From positions 84,905 to 148,904 of the forward strand of contig CAXXVK010000035.1 in the NCBI GenBank assembly GCA_963676915.2: a DNA stretch of 64,000 bases. The letters run 5' to 3'. Shown in pieces: positions 60,401-64,000 of the stretch. The stretch is from Myxococcota bacterium. Its GTDB lineage: Bacteria > Myxococcota_A > SURF-8 > G963663525. Each line of letters begins with the position of its first letter. Positions within the stretch are counted from its first letter, which is position 1. The notes beneath the pieces were generated by a model. The model ran no database searches and had not been told where the DNA came from. It saw nothing but the letters and a program-made list of their open reading frames with translations. A program made the position numbers and the translations under genes.

Positions 60401-63400
60401 GCATATTCCCACTCTGCTTCGGTGGGAAGTCGATACGCCGAGCAACCTTGCGGCATGCTGCCGAGAATTTCCACGGTTGCCGAATCGATGCCGCCTTGAG
60501 TATCATTCATGCATTGCATGTAATCGGAACCCACCTCTGTTGCGTCCTCGCAGATCACATCCGACAAAATAGTGCAGGATGTGATCCCCTTTTGCCGTGA
60601 AAACTCCCGTGCGTACGCAACAGTGTCATACCACGAAACATTTTCTACTGGGCAATTGGGGCCGCAGGACTTGAAATTCGAGGGATTCCAGCCCATGATC
60701 GCCTCAAAGTCGCCCTGGGTGGTTTCGGTGGTTGCCATTTCGATCCCGAAGGTCAGCGTCACTTGATGCAACGTTTCGTCGTCGTCACGACCCAGTTCGG
60801 CATCGCAGGAGCCGGGGTAGCCGTCCGGGCAGGTGACGCCATCCGGCGAACCCATCCAGAACTGCCCCGCCGGGATACTCGACCACTCGTCGCAGGCATC
60901 GCCGATGCCGTCGCCGTCGTAGTCGGCCTGATCGGGATTTTTATCTGCCGGGCAATTGTCGTGGCAGTTCTCGGTAGCACCACCGGTGCAGGGATTCTCG
61001 GCTTCATCCCACGTTACCGGCACGGGGATGCCGTCGCGGTCCAGGTCGGGCAGGCGGTCAAGGGTACGGACCAGGCGGAAGCCGATAAAATGCTGACGAG
61101 TATTGCCATCGGTATGACCTCTGTTGGCCGACCGACAAAGCCATGCCGAATAATTCCATCTTCCACCGCGAAGAATACGGGAACTGTCATCCACTCCTAT
61201 AGGATCACCAGTCATATCGTTCTGGTAATCGCTACGATAACCATCCCAAATCCACTCGTAGACATTTCCGCTTGCATCATACAAGCCCCAAGCATTCGCT
61301 TCTTTGCCACCAACAGGTTTCGTACCGTTTTCCGGTGTTCCTCCTTCTCCGTTGTTTCCGAGATACCAACCGATTTGATCCAAATTGGGATCGACAGGAT
61401 CACTTCCAGGCTGGGTAATCGTCCCATCATTGCCATCACTAGGATAAAATGCCGTAGTACTTCCCGCACGAGTGGAATATTCCCATTCTGCTTCGGTAGG
61501 AAGACGATATCCTTCGCAAAACTGTGGTTGGGTCACATCATTCCAGAGGGTAACAGTTGCCGATTTGATTCCCTCTCTGGACGTGTTGAAGCATTCCATG
61601 TAGTTGCTTGTAGAAGAGTCGTTTTGACAAATCACGTCGGACAACTCGTAGCAGGGTGACAATCCTGCATTTTCGGACAACTGATTGGCATAGGCAAGAG
61701 CGTCGAACCATGTAACCTTTTCCACCGGACAATCGTCGCCGCAATCCGTCCCACCCCCGTCGGCACTGTAATAACTGGGGTTGAAATACATCAGCCGGGA
61801 GAACTCGCCCTGCGTCGTTTCGTGGGCACTCATCTCGAAACGGAACGACAACAACACCTCGTGCAAGATCTCACTTGTACCTCTATTCAATTCCTCGTCA
61901 CAGCTTCCGGGATAGCCCTCCGGGCACCACACGCCATCTGGTGAACCCATCCAGAACCAACCGGGCCAGATCGCCACCCAGCCGTCACAGACATCCCCCA
62001 CGCCGTCGCCGTCCAAGTCGGACTGATCGGGGTTGGCGTGCTGCGGGCAGTTGTCGTCGCAATCGGTAGTTGCACCATTCGTGCAGGGATGATCCCCCGC
62101 CGCCAGCGAGCCGTCGCCGTCGTCCGGGATGCCGTCGCTGTCCGAGTCCAGCGCTGTGGCGTCGCTTGATGCCAGGAGCGTTCCCAAAACTGCGACGGCA
62201 GGCGGATCGTGCAATTCTTCGTCGGGATACAACGGACGGTTCATGATCCGCAACGAATCCACCGCACCTGCAAAATACGTATAAGCGCTCCACAAATCCC
62301 CGCCGATGTACAGTGGGTTGGACGAGTCGTAAAGGTTTGCTTCCAGCGCAAACGTCTGTTCCGCCGTATGATCCCGCCTGGTGGAAAACTCCGCGCCATC
62401 GTACGACATGGCCAGGTGGCTCCAGGTATCCATCGATACCGCCGAGCCGTCCGGTGTGGAGTACACGGTTCCGCCGTCGGACATCAAGCTTGCACCCAGC
62501 AGTCCAGATGCGTCGTTGAGTTGCAAACTGTAAGCATTTTTACCGGAAAAAGCCGTTTTGGCAGCAATCACATTCGCGCCACTATCCACGACATCGGGAC
62601 GCACGACGGCTTCCATATGCAAGGTTTGTGTGGGACTGAGCGATGGTGAATCCTCGATTTCCACATAAAAATCCGAACCACCGTTGAATGCCAACGCCAG
62701 CCCGTCGCGGCCCGCCGTCCAGGTGGGATCTCCCACGAGCGACCCGTTGTTTTTATTCGTGGAGAGATCCACCGCCACCGTGCCTGAACCCTCGTCGAAA
62801 CGCCACCAGCCGCCGTAACCCGTACAAGCGTTGAGCAATCCGTAGCAGGCGGGGTAGTCGCTAAGGTCGTCGTCGTAGGCTCCGCGCAGAACGGGCGTTT
62901 GCTGCAAAGCGTCCGCATTCCCCCAGTTCAGCGCATAGGACAGCCACGCCCACGACCCGCTGCCATCGCCTACAGAGTCAACCGTCTCCGTATGCGCCAC
63001 AAACCGCACGCTCGGCAGGTTCGGGTGGGCGCGCCGGTAGATGTATTCCGGCGATTTGGCGACGTTGTGGATGAGGATGTCGTCGATAAAACCGTGGAAA
63101 GGACGTTCAGCAATGCCATCCCACTGATTCCCAATTGAAATTTCCCAATGAGAATCGTCATAGATACGGAACCCTGTTTCCAATTGATCTTCAAGGACAC
63201 CATTCACATATAAACGTTGGAATTGCTGATTAAACATTCCGACAACATGATACCAGTGGTTTAGCTTTAGCTCTGAAGAATGGATATCTGAAATATCGCC
63301 TGTCTCCGTCGTGATCAGGAACTTCAATACACCAGTATTATCAATTCGCAAGGCAAACGGGTCATCATCTTCCCCATTGATTTTGATTTTGCCAATAATA

Positions 63401-64000
63401 ACTTGATCTACTCCTCCTGCTGGGGGGAACGCTTCCACAAAAAACCAAGCTTCAATGGAGAACTCGGTCAATTGAAGTTCTGCGGAGTTCGCTACGACAA
63501 TGACATCCGTGTTTTCCTCGAACCCCATCCCGCCTTGCTCGTCTCCAAACTTCCTTTTCCCGGCACCGTCCCGTAGTTCGTGCCGTGGTGCCCGTTGCCG
63601 CTGCTGTCCTCGGCGTTTCCATCCAGTTTCCAGTAGCCTACGACGCCGCATAGATCCTCGCGGTCGGCGAGGTGGGGGATGTCCGCCGCGTCTACGCTAT
63701 CGTACTCGGCCGGGCAAGGGGTGTCCGAGTGCGGACGCGGACCGAGCACCTCGAAGGGAACGAGGTGCTCATCGGCTTCATCCCAGGAATCATTGGAGTT
63801 TTGCGTGACGCGGAGGTCGTCGAAGTCGTCCTGGGCACCGGGGAGGTTTTTCGTACCGTAGGGAGCGCGAGAGTTGTAGTAGGCGCGGATTTCGTCGGGA
63901 GACAAGGCGCGGTTGAAGAGGAGGACTTCGTCGATCTTTCCACGAAAATGCTTATCCAATGGCGAGGCTTCAGCCCCAATGCACAATCCTTCGTCGCTTT
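57430..64000 (-). CDS. giant extracellular protein (5'-truncated): LamG/ConA-like domains, thrombospondin type 3 repeats, four FGE-sulfatase (SUMF1/CLec-fold) domains, C-terminal EGF-like domain; one frameshift near 63550
   Basis: Four copies of FWMGSP...H.V.L...YRLPTEAEWEY..RAG...GNV.EW...GFRLVRT; DNCP...NPDQ.D.D.DG.GD.CD linkers; LamG motifs GYWKLDG, WYHVVG, F.G.ID; ORF 63492-63986 continues the same gene. Confidence 0.9.
58391..59572. repeat. 129-bp direct repeat (58391-58519 and 59444-59572), 3 mismatches
   Basis: Manual alignment; encodes the TSP3 linker and the start of FGE domains 3 and 4. Confidence 0.9.

Noticed and set aside
57430-64000. Complete DGR cassette in the window
   Set aside because: No reverse transcriptase, Avd or template repeat; differences among the FGE ends are not adenine-restricted.

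Overview
Bacterial DNA of about 55% GC. Gene content (Cys-rich surface proteins, a MYXO-CTERM-like tail, a VKOR-DsbA fusion, tRNA-Sec) suggests an uncultured deltaproteobacterial or Myxococcota-like lineage; this is inference. From left to right: queA; a fatty-acid block (etfBA, a FadR-type TetR regulator with a visible operator, acyl-CoA dehydrogenase); a roughly 2,900-aa Cys/Asp-rich surface lipoprotein broken by many frameshifts; a phospholipid-degradation cluster (FadD, two PI-PLC-like lipoproteins, SGNH hydrolase, GDPD); VKOR-DsbA; a second FadD-like ligase; selC; a protease; ABC-F; a diguanylate cyclase; GH57/DUF4912; MoxR; a divergent SecA paralog; MMPL; rlpA; several small enzymes; Cys-rich surface proteins; GH92; dapAB; and the 3' part of a giant LamG/TSP3/4xFGE-CLec/EGF gene. 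Intergenic DNA carries two GTAG-REP families and two copies of a 183-184 bp hairpin MITE-like element. The most notable signal is in the giant FGE/LamG gene: AT-rich lectin-fold cores sit between GC-rich, partly near-identical linkers, which suggests domain-cassette exchange. I saw no CRISPR array, integrase, transposase or reverse transcriptase. Many frameshifts look like long-read assembly errors.
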